64,000 nucleotides of DNA, from the IMG/VR virus record IMGVR_UViG_3300046047_000272; one strand, 5' to 3'. Of this stretch, positions 10,408 through 22,145 are shown one piece after another. The translations under genes and the position numbers were made by a program. This stretch comes from a virus (Duplodnaviria; Heunggongvirae; Uroviricota; Caudoviricetes). Positions within the stretch are counted from its first letter, which is position 1. Every line of letters starts with the position of its first letter. A model generated the notes under the pieces. The model worked only from the letters and a program-made list of their open reading frames with translations, ran no database searches and was not told the DNA's origin.

Positions 10408-10719
10408 TTAATCCTCTGATGCTTCGATATAGAGGATGCCTGCATCATTGTCATGAGCATCATGGTGATCCTCTTGATGCTTTCGCCTTTGAGCGCGCCA
10501 GTACTCTTCTGAGTAGGCGTGGTGTTCAGCATTCGTGGCGATGGCCGCGTAATTGGCTGACACCGGAAGTACTCGAATCTCGTCATGCGTACCCTCAGCG
10601 CCAAAAGGACTTAGATAATGCTCACCAGTGTCATCATCCTGGACAATAGAGGCTAGTCGCAGGTCACCTGATAGCCTCTGAATTTGTTGTAATTTCTTAA
10701 TAAGCTCACTGATCCTCAT
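10408..10719 (-). CDS. Hypothetical protein (paralogue of 10914-11208)
   Basis: MRISELIKKL; repeated promoter cassette upstream. Confidence 0.7.
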   Translation of the reverse strand: MRISELIKKLQQIQRLSGDLRLASIVQDDDTGEHYLSPFGAEGTHDEIRVLPVSANYAAIATNAEHHAYSEEYWRAQRRKHQEDHHDAHDNDAGILYIEASED

Positions 10720-10913
10720 GATGACTCCTACTCGTTGTTTGCTTGATACTCTGATTATACGTGGATGGAGGATTAGACACGCCGGTTGATAGAACTATAC
10801 GAGCAAGTATGATATGGCATCATAGCTCATGGTTATGCCATGAGCTTAACTCGGTATATCAGTCGCAGATGACGCTGGGTGGATAAACGATGGATGACCG
10901 GCGACCAGTTATA

Positions 10914-11208
10914 CTACTCCTCGTCCTCCTCGTCATTCTTAATATCCTCACGGACATAATCACCGTGCTTGGCCGCCGTCACATCGTAGGCCTCAAAGTC
11001 ATCCTTCGAGCCAATCACCGCGTAATCCTTACCATCGTACACATTCCTCAAATAGCGAACGTCACCCGCTTCATCAGTATTCAACTCACCCAAGTCCTTG
11101 ATGAAGCCATCCCCATACTCGTGATCCTCATTGATAGACCCAACGACCACGTTGCCGTATTTTTTCTTCGATGATGCGCAGCTTCTCGATAACGTCGTTG
11201 ATCCTCAT
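10914..11208 (-). CDS. Acidic hypothetical protein, frameshift in the A6 run at 11160-11165
   Basis: MRINDVIEKLRIIEEK joins YGNVVVGSINED if one A is removed; N-terminus matches the 10719 gene. Confidence 0.65.
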
Positions 11209-11509
11209 GATGACTCCCTCACTCGTTGTTTGCTTGATACTCTGATTATACGTGGATGGAGGATTCGACACGCCGTCTAATCATGGTATATCCGACGCTT
11301 AGTGTCATACCCATGTTCATAATGCTCATCGGCTATTCTATATACGAGCAACGGCTATTCTTCATGAAGGTGTGATCGAGGTCATCACTAATCATTGATT
11401 CGTATATACATTTCACGATCATCAGCGTTCGTATTACGATATGAGTCTAATAAGCGTCGTAGCCGGCATGATGGTTCATGCCGGCTACGACGATGTGATA
11501 TTGACGAGA

Positions 11510-11809
11510 TTACATGGCTCCCCAGAAGAAGAAGAACCAGCCGATGCGTTCAGTGCCATTCTCAGCTTTCAGGGGGATAGCTCCAGCTTCCTCCCACTTC
11601 TCGACGTCATCCATGTGGACATCAGACCAGGCGTCCGCTTCATCGGCGGTCATCAGCTTGTCGGTCATCAGCTTGACGCCATTCGTCGTTGAGATGGATC
11701 CATTGTATGGGTCATCATCTTCAATGAGAGCTTCTTCCACCATTGCTTTGTATGCCCTATCCATGGTATCGGAACCAGTGTACGATATTGCTTGAAATTG
11801 TGCGCTCAT
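11510..11809 (-). CDS. Hypothetical protein (YNGSISTT...KW motif)
   Basis: ORF with TTGACA-17-TATTAT promoter. Confidence 0.65.
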   Translation of the reverse strand: MSAQFQAISYTGSDTMDRAYKAMVEEALIEDDDPYNGSISTTNGVKLMTDKLMTADEADAWSDVHMDDVEKWEEAGAIPLKAENGTERIGWFFFFWGAM

Positions 11810-12037
11810 GATGTTCCCCTAAATATTCGTTGATGTGTTGATAGCTCTAATAATACTACGACGCCATCATGCTGTCAAAGCGCTATGCGTTCGGGCGTGT
11901 CGAAAACATGGACGAGAGACTCGTGATGAAGCTGATCAGTACTTATTAGTCATCAAGGCCGTTTATCATGGGTTCTACCTATAATGAAGCCGCGTACGAT
12001 GCACAGGCAAGTCATACGCGGCGGTCATCCTGTAGAT

Positions 12038-14391
12038 TTAATAGAAGGCTTCACTAAGATTCTCAGCGAGCGCGACGAGATGATTAACCTCCGTGTTGGA
12101 CATGTGCTCAATCTCCTCACGAGTAAACGTCTCATGAATAGCGTAATCGGCTGTATACCAGTTCTCATCAGCGCCCATGATGTTCCGAGCGACAATAGGA
12201 TCATTCGCCTTACGATCATACTCGTCGTATGATTTCAGGACGCCATCCTTATAATCGTCTTCGATGGCTATGGTCTTCCCCTCAAGATTCTTCATGATGC
12301 TCCCTTTGATTGCGTATGCTTGCTGTAACGTTGATAGCATTGATAGTATCACCATATGATCATACCGGCAAATAGGTTATGATGCTGGCGCGCCGTCGAT
12401 AGTATCAGCGTCCTAGCGAATAACGAACTCATATCCACTAAGATCAGTCTTCTGCTCAATGCCTTGCTGAATACGGCGTGTCGTGTCCGTAATCCTCGTC
12501 ATGATATTGACAGGCTGATGAGCATAATTAGCCTCAAGTATGCTATTCGCTGTAGTCTTCATGCGGCCAAGTGCCGTTTGCTCATTCTCCATGTCAACTA
12601 TATCCACAGATTGACCATCTATTGCTTGCGCTTGTTCGACTAATTCCTTGAACATCGCTTGCACGAATCGGTAATCGTGCTCGTATGCTGGAGCGAATGC
12701 CCGTATACCTGAGAGGACGCCATAATAGTTAATGCGACCGCCCTTATCACGGATATCTCGTGCAAGTTGCTTGATGACGTCGATGAGCGCATAGGGATCA
12801 TGATATTCTGGTACGCCGACATGCAAGATCTGAGTATAGACGTCAGGGGCGGTTATGGTCAGATCCCGTTGATGATTCATGGTGACGATGATTGGTGTCA
12901 TGATGTGTCCTTAGGTCTTCTTGATATATGCGATGGATTACGCGTCCCGTTATCCTGAGCTATCAGGATAACGCTATCTAATAGAGTCCCTGTTCATAGG
13001 CCATCAGTTCATGCTGATCCTGAGCATACATCAGGTCAGCATATGCGGCATCAGCCTCATTGGCCATCTCCTCTTGCGTCACTCGCCCAGCATAATCACC
13101 GATGGAGAAGACGTCCTTCGTGAACGCGCTGAGCGCATGTTCAGCCCGTCCGATGGACGTATGCTGAACACCGAAAACGATATGCGTGGTCGCGTCACCA
13201 AGAACCTCAATGTACGATGCAGAGCATTGACCACGACCGTCATCAGCCTGCTTAATGGATTTGATGAGACCACGTTCGAGCGTCCACTTACTGTCGCCAT
13301 TGTTGTTGTTCATCATCGTCGCTTCCTGTTCATATGAGGGGGGATGCTGCATCCCATGTTTTTGCTGATAGTTCTATCATAACAGGATTATGGCCACCGG
13401 CAACGATCATGGTCACTGGCGTGTCGTCAATTCGAGAGCGTTCTGCCGGACGTTAATGGTGGCCATACTGACGTATAGACGCGCTTATCGCATATATCCG
13501 ACATCGTCGGTTATCTGCTCGATACCTGCTTCGCGTCCCATACGGCCTGACGATATCCACTCAGATAGGCATCGTCCAATTCCTGTGGTGAATACGCGCT
13601 TTGCGCATCACCGTTCTCATCTCCAACGACCTCATGGTATTGTTCGATGAGACGGGCAAGTCGGGTTGCAGTGGGTTCATCCAGTGTCATACCATATGGA
13701 CTATCCATAGGCAAGTATCGCTCCTCGGGGACTCCTGTGATGATTGTGTTCATGATGTACTCCTTAGATGTCGTGAGCGTTATTGATGGTTACTTGGTGG
13801 TAGCCGCCATGTCCTTATCGATGACGTTGAGTATCTTACGGTCGAGGAACACGATGAGTGCGTGCATATCGTTGATACTCTCACCGATGTCGAACAGCCA
13901 TTTCATGGTGACCATCTCGTCATCATCGAAGACACCGGTTCTTTTCAGTATGGATTTGATGTCCGTGGTGTACTCACCCAGGACATCGGCCTTACCGAAG
14001 GACACGTTCAGGTATTCGTTCATGACGCCGCAGTCTTCTCTGGTTATCCATTCAATATGGTTCAGATCGCTAATGACTTGAACCAGCATTTGCAGAATGT
14101 CCTCATTGTCCATAATTTCCATGATGATCTTCCTCTAGATTGATGGTCTTATTCACTGGCCGCGTTGATATGCACGTACTCGAGGAACTCGCGTTCCCTG
14201 ACGCTATCCAGCTTAGCGTAAGCCACACGAGCGGCGGTGGTGGCTTCGATGTCCTCACCCTCAGCAGTACCATCAATGGCGTGGCATGCATTGATGAATA
14301 GCTCGACCTTACTATTCACATAATCCGTATCGGGATTAGCGTTCGTGTAGGCGACGTCCGCGCCAGCTCTGATGATGATTTCCTTGACCAT
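12038..14391 (-). other. Run of six small minus-strand hypothetical CDS (12038-12295, 12413-12901, 12978-13352, 13511-13753, 13790-14122, 14149-14391)
   Basis: Co-oriented acidic ORFs, most with RBS, several with their own promoters or hairpins. Confidence 0.6.
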
Positions 14392-14909
14392 GATGTATCC
14401 ATTCCCTAGTGAACAACTAGATCTATTATATGTCAGTTGATCATCCAACACGCCAGCGTTGGTAATTGATTGGCTTACGCGTCCAACTTGCTGAATTTGT
14501 CAAGTCTAAATGCGATGATATTCTCCATCATCGCATCAACTATGAGCGTCACGTCAATGCTCTAGCCGAGCTTTCCAGGATGATTTGGTCGGCTAAGCGC
14601 ATGCCCATCATCACCTCTGAGGGCAATCCAATCCATCAATACGCCATAACCCAGGTCGACGACCTCCATCCGTCTGATATGAGTCTACGTCGATTCGAGA
14701 TGGCCATGGATGATCTACATCCTGGTCAATGGCGTGCCACCGTGAGGAATCAGACTATCGTCGTGTCCTTACAGGGCGACGCTGCTCAATCATGACGCCT
14801 GTGATGGTGAACATACGCTATCCATTGATATGATGCCAGAATTGTCTTCATCAAGACACCATGATATGATCATGACTAGGAATCATAATAAAGGAGCATC
14901 TGAGAAACT

Positions 14910-16576
14910 ATGCGACCATACACCATCGCAGTGGCCAAGAATGATAACGATCCGTCAGCATCACAGTACACGATATCAGATTACGACCAGGAAGATCTTA
15001 TGTCGCACTTAGAGGAGACGTTTGGCTCACAGTCTATACATGATCAGGCCGTACTCCACGATCAGCATCGCTCATATTACGTCATCGCCACGAAGACACC
15101 ACATATGATGTCCTTGAAGATCAATCCTTTCTCCGGCTATAATGGTTGGATCGTTTTTGAGGGATCCGTGCCAGGTGATCCCTTCAACCGTACCGTCGCC
15201 TACGAGGTCTCACCATCAAATCTCCTCGGTATCATTACTGGTGTTGACATGCATCATGGCGTCCTGTCTCCACAGCGATATGTCCTCACCAGCCGAGGCC
15301 GTCACATCAGCCTATCATATCATCATTAAGTCATTCCACCATCATCAAGGAGATCAGTATTATGTCACAAGATCGTAGAGATAGCATCGAGGAGATCATC
15401 AGGCAGACAGCCTGTCAACAACTTGGCTATGAGGAGACGTTGACCATTGACGGTGCACAATACGTGATGACCGTCATGACGAATGGTCTCCATGTCAGCT
15501 GTGATCATAGTATTGGTGCAGAATACGACAATGTCGAATGCTATGATTGGGCGTGGATTGACCAAAATCCTCACGCCGTCGCTGATACGATCATAGCTAT
15601 GGCTCATGCCGAGGAGATACCGAGCCTATTCCTTGAGGACATGTCAGCATGATCACCAATGTGACGATGAAAAAGGATTTGATATGACATATGAACCAAC
15701 GACTATGCTGAATATGGCCCTACGGGAAGCCATGGATGAGGACGAGAGGCCACATGGCTATCGTCGTATACTATTAACCATATGGTCACCCGAACAACGA
15801 GTCTACGCTGGTCGAGCATCAATGAGAGATATGGATTGGTGTGCTGATCATCATATTCGTGGTGTCCACTGGGCGTCACGTGAAGATATGACAAGGATCA
15901 TCAGGTCTATCCGATTCGGACCTGATGTGATGACGCTACAGCGTGGTCTACCCTATCGTACAGTGGCCGTAGATGATCTGATGATGACGTACGAGAAGGA
16001 TATGATCGTTCTATCATGATGATCAGTCGTCCAGTGACGATTCATGGTGGTTCTCGGCATCCTATGACCATGATTGCCATGAATCATGCCCAGGTCACAT
16101 GTAATGGTCGGCCAATCGCCATGTATGATGAGCATGGACTCAGATCAGAGGACGCGAATATGGCTCCTGTCATCATTCCCGTGATGGGTGATCAGGACGA
16201 CTTCCTGCACGAGGAATGGAATACCTGGTTGACGAGAGCGAATACGAGTGCACTTGGTGAGAGGAGAGATCAAGCCATTGCTAGAGTGCTGAGCACCGGT
16301 GATCATCACGCCGTTGAAGCTATGATGAACTCCTTGACGGACGATGAGTCCAGACTCGTCGCTGACAGGGTGCAACATGCCCATGGCCACGTCCGTGAGG
16401 AGATGATGCATGGATTGCATCGCCGATGGTTCGCTGATGACGCGCCTTCTGATTTCGACGCTGACATACCATGGCAGTCGACGACATCCTATGATGATCA
16501 GGGTAATGGGTATCAAGTGTCGAGGGATTGGATTGAGAGCATCGCCTACTCAGAGCGAATCGCCGGTACGGTCTGA
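14910..16576 (+). other. Operon of four hypothetical CDS (14910-15329, 15362-15652, ~15606-16019, 16016-16576)
   Basis: Closely spaced or overlapping ORFs with AAGGAG-type RBS. Confidence 0.55.
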
Positions 16577-16754
16577 TGGTGTCTGAGTCATGATGGCTAT
16601 GATGCAGCATATACGGGCGTAGAGGACGCCTTAGACGGATGCTCGTGAATGGCCGCATAATGCTGGCAATGACCAGTCAGCTCATCGTAGAGGCGGCCTA
16701 GATGACTGTTTACCGGCCTCTACTGGTGTATTCGCCCATGATGTGTATAGTAAC

Positions 16755-16900
16755 TCAAAAATGTTATCCTTTGTAACAACAAAACAAAACATAACATTCG
16801 AGGCGCGTGGTAGGATTCCTCCTACCACCGACCGGACCTACAAGCCGGCCGCCGTGTGACGTGCCAGCCATGCACCGCACGAAGCGCGGTGACGGTTCTC
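16755..16900 (-). ncRNA. Putative omega/reRNA scaffold at the tnpB 3' end (limits approximate)
   Basis: Hairpins GTGGTAGGA/TCCTACCAC (16807-16828) and AATGTTAT/ATAACATT (16760-16798); position typical of TnpB guide scaffolds. Confidence 0.5.
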
Positions 16901-18298
16901 CAGCACGTCATAGAGTGTTTTACGATGGGGCGCGCCCCGGCCCCTGGGTAGAGCATCGGAGGAACGTCCTCCGATGACGCGAGCGGCATTCACATCAGCG
17001 TTAAGCGCGCGTCCGCAACACGAGCACTTGAAGTGCGACTGATCCCTTCGATTCCTCTTATCAACATAACCGCACTTCGAGCACTGCTGGGACGTGTAGG
17101 CCGCATTCACCTTGGTGATGATGATTCCACGCTCCTCGCGCAGCGCCTGAAGCTTCTGGTTCAGGAACCCGCGACCCGACCTTGACAGGATACGGTTCAT
17201 CCTCTTGCTAAGACCGCCACCACGGAAGTCAAGATCCTCAACAATGATCTCCCTCGCGTCGGCTGCCAGAATGTTCAGCATGCGCCCAATCTCGTTCTCC
17301 ATGAGACTACGAGACCGGGACACTAACGAATCATAGCAGGAATCTCCCCTGAGCCTTAAACCCTTACTACTGAGCTCCTTGACACGATTCATGAGCATAG
17401 TGTCTAATCGTTTCAACTCAGCAAGGGCTGGCCTCCCGAGCATCCTCCCGTCAGGGAGCGTGAACAGGCTCACGAGACCCCAGTCGAATGCGATCACGTC
17501 ACCATCCTCGCGGAGCGGAGCGCATGGCTTCTCTATTACGGGTGACACGCTGAGCGTGTCACCCTTTAACGAGAGTTGGATATGATTCAGAAGTCTTCCA
17601 CCCCGTCGTCTCCTAGCGAAGAACCTGTTATCCTTTACTGGTATGAGTACGGGGTGACCCCTGTCAAGCGTGCTCGTCCGAAGCCACCATGAGAAGCCAG
17701 TCCCCCTGGATTCCTCGAGGACAGCGCTCTTCGCGTCTAGTTTCATCGTGATCTCATGCCCGAGGACTGGTCGGTGATTCACTCTGCGAGCGTGCTTCAC
17801 AATGCGACGCATGAGCCAGAGATGCTCACTACTCACGTGGATGAGCGTTGTCCTACCGGCTCTTCGTTCAGCTGTGGTAGGGTGGATAAGCGTGCCGTCA
17901 CTAGTGACCATCCAGTCGAGCTCGTAGGTCTTCGCGTGCCATGCCATATGATAATTCAGCCTGTAGAGGGTGTCCCTCGTGTACGGGTCGAGGGTGCTGA
18001 GCGTAATGATCCGCCGCACGGTACCCTGTAGGGAGCGGAGCCAGGAGGCGTAGGATTCCCTGGCCTGCGCGTAACAGGACTGGGTCTGCCGAGCGGAGAG
18101 GTGGATTATGGCCTTCGAGTTAGTGTACTTGCTGGGTGGCTTGGCGTCCTGGATGAGACGCTGATCCATGCTGGCTACTAGGATGGTGAGGCCGTGCTGG
18201 TACTCGTGGATTAGGTCTCGTATCCTGTTGATCTTACCCGCGTTAGCGGGTGATTTGAGCCTGTAGGAGCGAGTGTAGACTGATGGCTTACTGGTCAT
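16838..18298 (-). CDS. tnpB: RNA-guided endonuclease TnpB, 486 aa
   Basis: RuvC-I AFDWG, RuvC-II IVEDLDF, Zn finger YTSQQCSKCG...CSCCG, RuvC-III NADVNAA. Confidence 0.92.
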   Translation of the reverse strand: MTSKPSVYTRSYRLKSPANAGKINRIRDLIHEYQHGLTILVASMDQRLIQDAKPPSKYTNSKAIIHLSARQTQSCYAQARESYASWLRSLQGTVRRIITLSTLDPYTRDTLYRLNYHMAWHAKTYELDWMVTSDGTLIHPTTAERRAGRTTLIHVSSEHLWLMRRIVKHARRVNHRPVLGHEITMKLDAKSAVLEESRGTGFSWWLRTSTLDRGHPVLIPVKDNRFFARRRRGGRLLNHIQLSLKGDTLSVSPVIEKPCAPLREDGDVIAFDWGLVSLFTLPDGRMLGRPALAELKRLDTMLMNRVKELSSKGLRLRGDSCYDSLVSRSRSLMENEIGRMLNILAADAREIIVEDLDFRGGGLSKRMNRILSRSGRGFLNQKLQALREERGIIITKVNAAYTSQQCSKCGYVDKRNRRDQSHFKCSCCGRALNADVNAARVIGGRSSDALPRGRGAPHRKTLYDVLENRHRASCGAWLARHTAAGL

Positions 18299-18410
18299 CT
18301 ACTCCTCCTTCTCATCTTAGCGTATGATAATCACATTATACCATGGTCGTATTATTATTCATGGTATGTTTTACTTATTATAAGGAATACATGATACTGC
18401 AGATGATACT

Positions 18411-18512
18411 TCAATATATCAGGCGTCCGGTCGAATGGTTGGCCTCGATGATCTTCTTCTTGTGCTCAGCACGACGACGAGGGTACAATCTCGCGCATTC
18501 ACTGAGTTTCAT
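18411..18512 (-). pseudogene. tnpA: Internally deleted IS607 serine-recombinase tnpA (33 aa)
   Basis: MKLSECARLYPRRRAEHKKKIIEA = IS607 N-terminus MKLSE fused to the C-terminal CARLYxRR helix. Confidence 0.75.
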
Positions 18513-18633
18513 GATATATACATACGATTACATATTCAATCACTGGTATGTATACATATGTACACATCTCAATAGGAATAATGCCGGTATAACCATACCA
18601 TCATACAAAAAAATAGCTGTCGCCAGATCGTTA

Positions 18634-19134
18634 TCAATGTGACATTGACGCTTCAACAGGGGCTGGACGCCTATCCTGATTCCTATTCTCTCCGATGAAT
18701 GAGATGAGTTCATTTGGTGTTGGCGTCATGAGCTTGATCATGGTGTTAATATCGTCATTGTCCATAGCCATAATTGACGATACTGGCACACGATACGTGC
18801 GTCGATGGTCGTTGATCATCCAGAAATAAGGTGTCTCGTCAATGGTCGTCCGGTCAGCGTACTCCTCCATGATCTTCCGTACCGTTGATCGAGGATAGTT
18901 GGCTAGCTCAGTGGGCTCAACCTCTTCATGGAGAACGATCTTGTATGGCTTCTTCTCGAAGACGATGCCACCGTACTTCTGCTTCACTCTAGCATTGAAG
19001 CAGAATGTTACCCAGAGGGATGCAATCGTATCAGTCATGCTGAGTCTGATCATGTCGTATCCAATGAGGTCCTTGACCTTCGCGTCCCTGGTCACTCTGA
19101 GTTGCATGATCCCATTCGTCGTTATACCTGACAT
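18634..19134 (-). CDS. Hypothetical protein
   Basis: 166-aa ORF with GGAGG RBS. Confidence 0.65.
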   Translation of the reverse strand: MSGITTNGIMQLRVTRDAKVKDLIGYDMIRLSMTDTIASLWVTFCFNARVKQKYGGIVFEKKPYKIVLHEEVEPTELANYPRSTVRKIMEEYADRTTIDETPYFWMINDHRRTYRVPVSSIMAMDNDDINTMIKLMTPTPNELISFIGENRNQDRRPAPVEASMSH

Positions 19135-19489
19135 TTGAACCTCCTATGATCAGTTAATGTTGCTATAGACGATGAATCGTATCCACTACCTGTGATAGTA
19201 TGATGATACTATCATAATACGATGTTCCACACAATTGTCTACATGGTCATCGTGAGCTATTCTAGATACGATCATAGGCACTGTCATTGCGGTGCCTATG
19301 ATCGTAGAAGGAGCATCGAATCATTAGTTCATGGTTCCAGATAGATAATCCTCGACTGGGTCTAATACCTCCTCATGATACTTTTGGTAATCATTAAATC
19401 CAAGATAGATGGTCAATCGTTCAGGAGTAGTTCCAACATTGACAACCTATCATATGAAACGCACGTTCTAGTCTGCTCTTAGAAGGACG

Positions 19490-19620
19490 AAATCTAGTTA
19501 GGCTCAGAACATGAGTAAAGATTCATGTTCTGAGCCTATTCTGACTGGTACTGGGTATAAAAGCTCTCAGATGATACGTTATACTAGACGAGCTTAGAAT
19601 CGGGATTAGATGCGAGATCT
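19490..19620 (+). repeat. 131-bp repeat D copy 1 (MITE/REP-like)
   Basis: Aligns with 47066-47196 and 62791-62921; 40-nt hairpin at 19499-19538. Confidence 0.93.
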
Positions 19621-19656
19621 AGTGTCCTCATGAGCGCCCCTCTGTACGCATAAGAT

Positions 19657-21021
19657 TCACTGCTTGTGTCTGATCGTATAACAGGATCGACCACACGATA
19701 GGCATCTCCAGATGGTGAGTTCAGGATTCACGCAGTTCATGGCGCCATGGCGTACGCACAGTGGCTTACCAGTGGCTTCATCAAGCATGACGAAGCCCTC
19801 AGAGACGTCGTGAAGAGCATAATCTCCTCGTTCATTATTGGATACAGGATTGAAGGAGGGATCGTCAATCATGTCCTTGAGGTCGTCGCTGGTCAATGGC
19901 TGATATGAACTCATGATGTTTGATCCGTTCTACTCGATACGTCGTCCTGTTCTCGTGCTGGTGGGCACGGAGGTATCATGTGATGATTAGATGACGCTGG
20001 TGTTGCTACTGAATTAGACATAAGTGAATGACCATCTTCCTGATATTGGTGGTAGGTGACCGGATGAATGATTGGCACGAACATCGTGATTACTGATTCC
20101 TACGTAACCCATAATCACCGAAACAATACTCTTCACGATAATTCTCTGGGTCTGAGATCGTCATAGCGAACGGTACGATGGCTTCATCGTCATCATGATT
20201 CTGTAATGTGATCGCATACTTACCCTTAGCTTTCGGCTTAATGACGATATCCTGAGACCGCTTCTTCTCGTCAATACGGCCAATGCAGATATTCTGTCCA
20301 TTGGCTGCACCAGGATTAGCCAGATCGAAGATAGCCTCGTAGTTCAGAAGAATTTTCAAACTCTTGAGCACATCACTGATAGCATCATGATGCTTCGATG
20401 TGTAATCAACTGATAATACAAAAGAACCAGTCGTATTCTTAACAAGCTGATAGCGTTTGATGAGATCATCTATTCTAGGCAACGCGTATTGGGCTTCTGT
20501 AGGATCAATGAAATGAATAGGAGCGGTGACTGTGATATGAGTATATGACACCATGAATAGGCCTTTCCGTCAACACGATAATGCATAAACGATTATATCA
20601 TCATCTTACCACTTTAGGAATTGACAAGGAACATATGACCACATATGACATGCCGGCATGATCATCGATTGACGATGAACTGTCCTATGGATTGTATGCC
20701 GATCTGTATATCGTTCATGAGCTGCTGGAAGGTGAACGTGGACAGGTAGCCGCCAAGTCCGTCCAACATTGATTGCATCGCGTCGTTGAAGGCTATGGCC
20801 AAAGGCTTGATGACCGTGATAGCTGCAGGGGCAATGATCATAAGCAATACGGTCGTGGTCATCACAGCCATTATTGTGATGATGGTTTCGTTCATCGCAT
20901 CGGTGTCAAGAACACGACCAGTAGGATAGGCCGTCATATGTCCATCAGCTGACCTGACCATTATCGTACCGACTGGCTTGACGTACTTCGTGCTCAATAG
21001 TATAGTAATGATCATGTTCAT
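19657..21021 (-). other. Three hypothetical CDS (19657-19914 Cys-rich, 20090-20554, 20662-21021 membrane)
   Basis: ORF track; CxxC in the first ORF. Confidence 0.55.
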
Positions 21022-21135
21022 GGGATTGCTCCTTCGTTGTTACCTTGATAATAACATGGTTCAGGTAACGACACGCCGGATATATGGCCGACGATCAAGA
21101 GGAAACCTGACAGCTCATAGAACACTTATAAAGGT

Positions 21136-21438
21136 TTACAAATCATGTAAAAGCTGTTCTTCAGCTTTCGTAAGAGTAACCGCATCATGAGCGATTGCGT
21201 TAAGCCTTTCGTCGCGATTCTTTATGTTCGTGTCATATTCTTCAGTCGCTCGATTACGTTTCTCTAAATAATCATTCACATCTTTTGTTGTCGTATAACG
21301 CTTTGTACCAATTAGAGTGTACTTCAATAATCCACGATCCATGAGTTGACATACCAACTGACGGCTCACACCAATGATCCTGTCGGCGGCAGTGGTTGAT
21401 AATCCCTTATTCGTCTCCATAAGAGTATCATATCTCAT
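21136..21438 (-). CDS. Excisionase-like HTH_17 DNA-binding protein
   Basis: LSTTAADRIIGVSRQLVCQLMDRGLL...GTKRY. Confidence 0.75.
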   Translation of the reverse strand: MRYDTLMETNKGLSTTAADRIIGVSRQLVCQLMDRGLLKYTLIGTKRYTTTKDVNDYLEKRNRATEEYDTNIKNRDERLNAIAHDAVTLTKAEEQLLHDL

Positions 21439-22145
21439 TGGAGATTTGACTTACCCATGATTACTCCACTTTAGTTTTCGGATCAGCGCGGAGAGTTGTC
21501 GTCTCATCCCCATATCCTCGAAATCCTCAGGTACAGGCTCTCAAGACCATTCACCACGTCAGCAGGGTCAGTGCTGTCATCGTTCCACATATTAACGACA
21601 CCATGCTGATCATCGTAAATGGTGACGTGGGTCTGCTCAGCGTCGAATTCCACTTCAGCAGTCTCATGACGCCCAGCAAACGTCGTACAATCGTAGATTC
21701 TATGCTCATTGACCTCAACGTCATTCCGATTCCTAGACGCCTCAACGATAGTCGCCGTTCCCGTTACCATGATGCCACTCCTTCTGATCGCTGATGATGA
21801 TACTATTATAACCACATCTCATGCTCTAGCAAAGTCTGGGCGGGTCGTGGTACCATAGGACTACGTCATGAAGAGGGGATGAGGCCATATGCAAGATTAC
21901 AGGATCACGTATATTCATGAGATCGACTTCACCTTCATAGCCTACGAGACTGATCAGGTTACCATCGTCCGCATGATTTGCACCGAGCTGGATCGTTTGA
22001 GGTTCTTACAGCAAGCGGCCGATGGCTTACTACCAATCGCGGGTGATCAAGTCTTAGTGAAGGATGATGAAGGATTTGAAGCTACTAGATGGCGTCGATG
22101 TTAGATTCATCAAGCACTACCCATCATCCTCATAGGAGCAGCATC

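Larger units (their letters stand above)
16745..18570 (-). mobile_element. Non-autonomous IS607-family element (tnpA remnant + tnpB); ends approximate
   Basis: tnpA relic upstream of tnpB; AT-rich ends with short direct repeats; composition differs from the flanks. Confidence 0.75.

Noticed and set aside
16838-16900. Module A as a standalone copy of the TnpB omega RNA
   Set aside because: Only short AGAACCG and ACGGCGGC words are shared; no extended alignment
16740-18568. 8-bp terminal inverted repeat GATGTGTA/TACACATC of the IS
   Set aside because: Too short to exclude chance, and IS607 elements do not normally have TIRs
18343-18642. 99-aa plus-strand ORF upstream of tnpB
   Set aside because: Antisense to the tnpA remnant and the AT-rich IS end; no RBS
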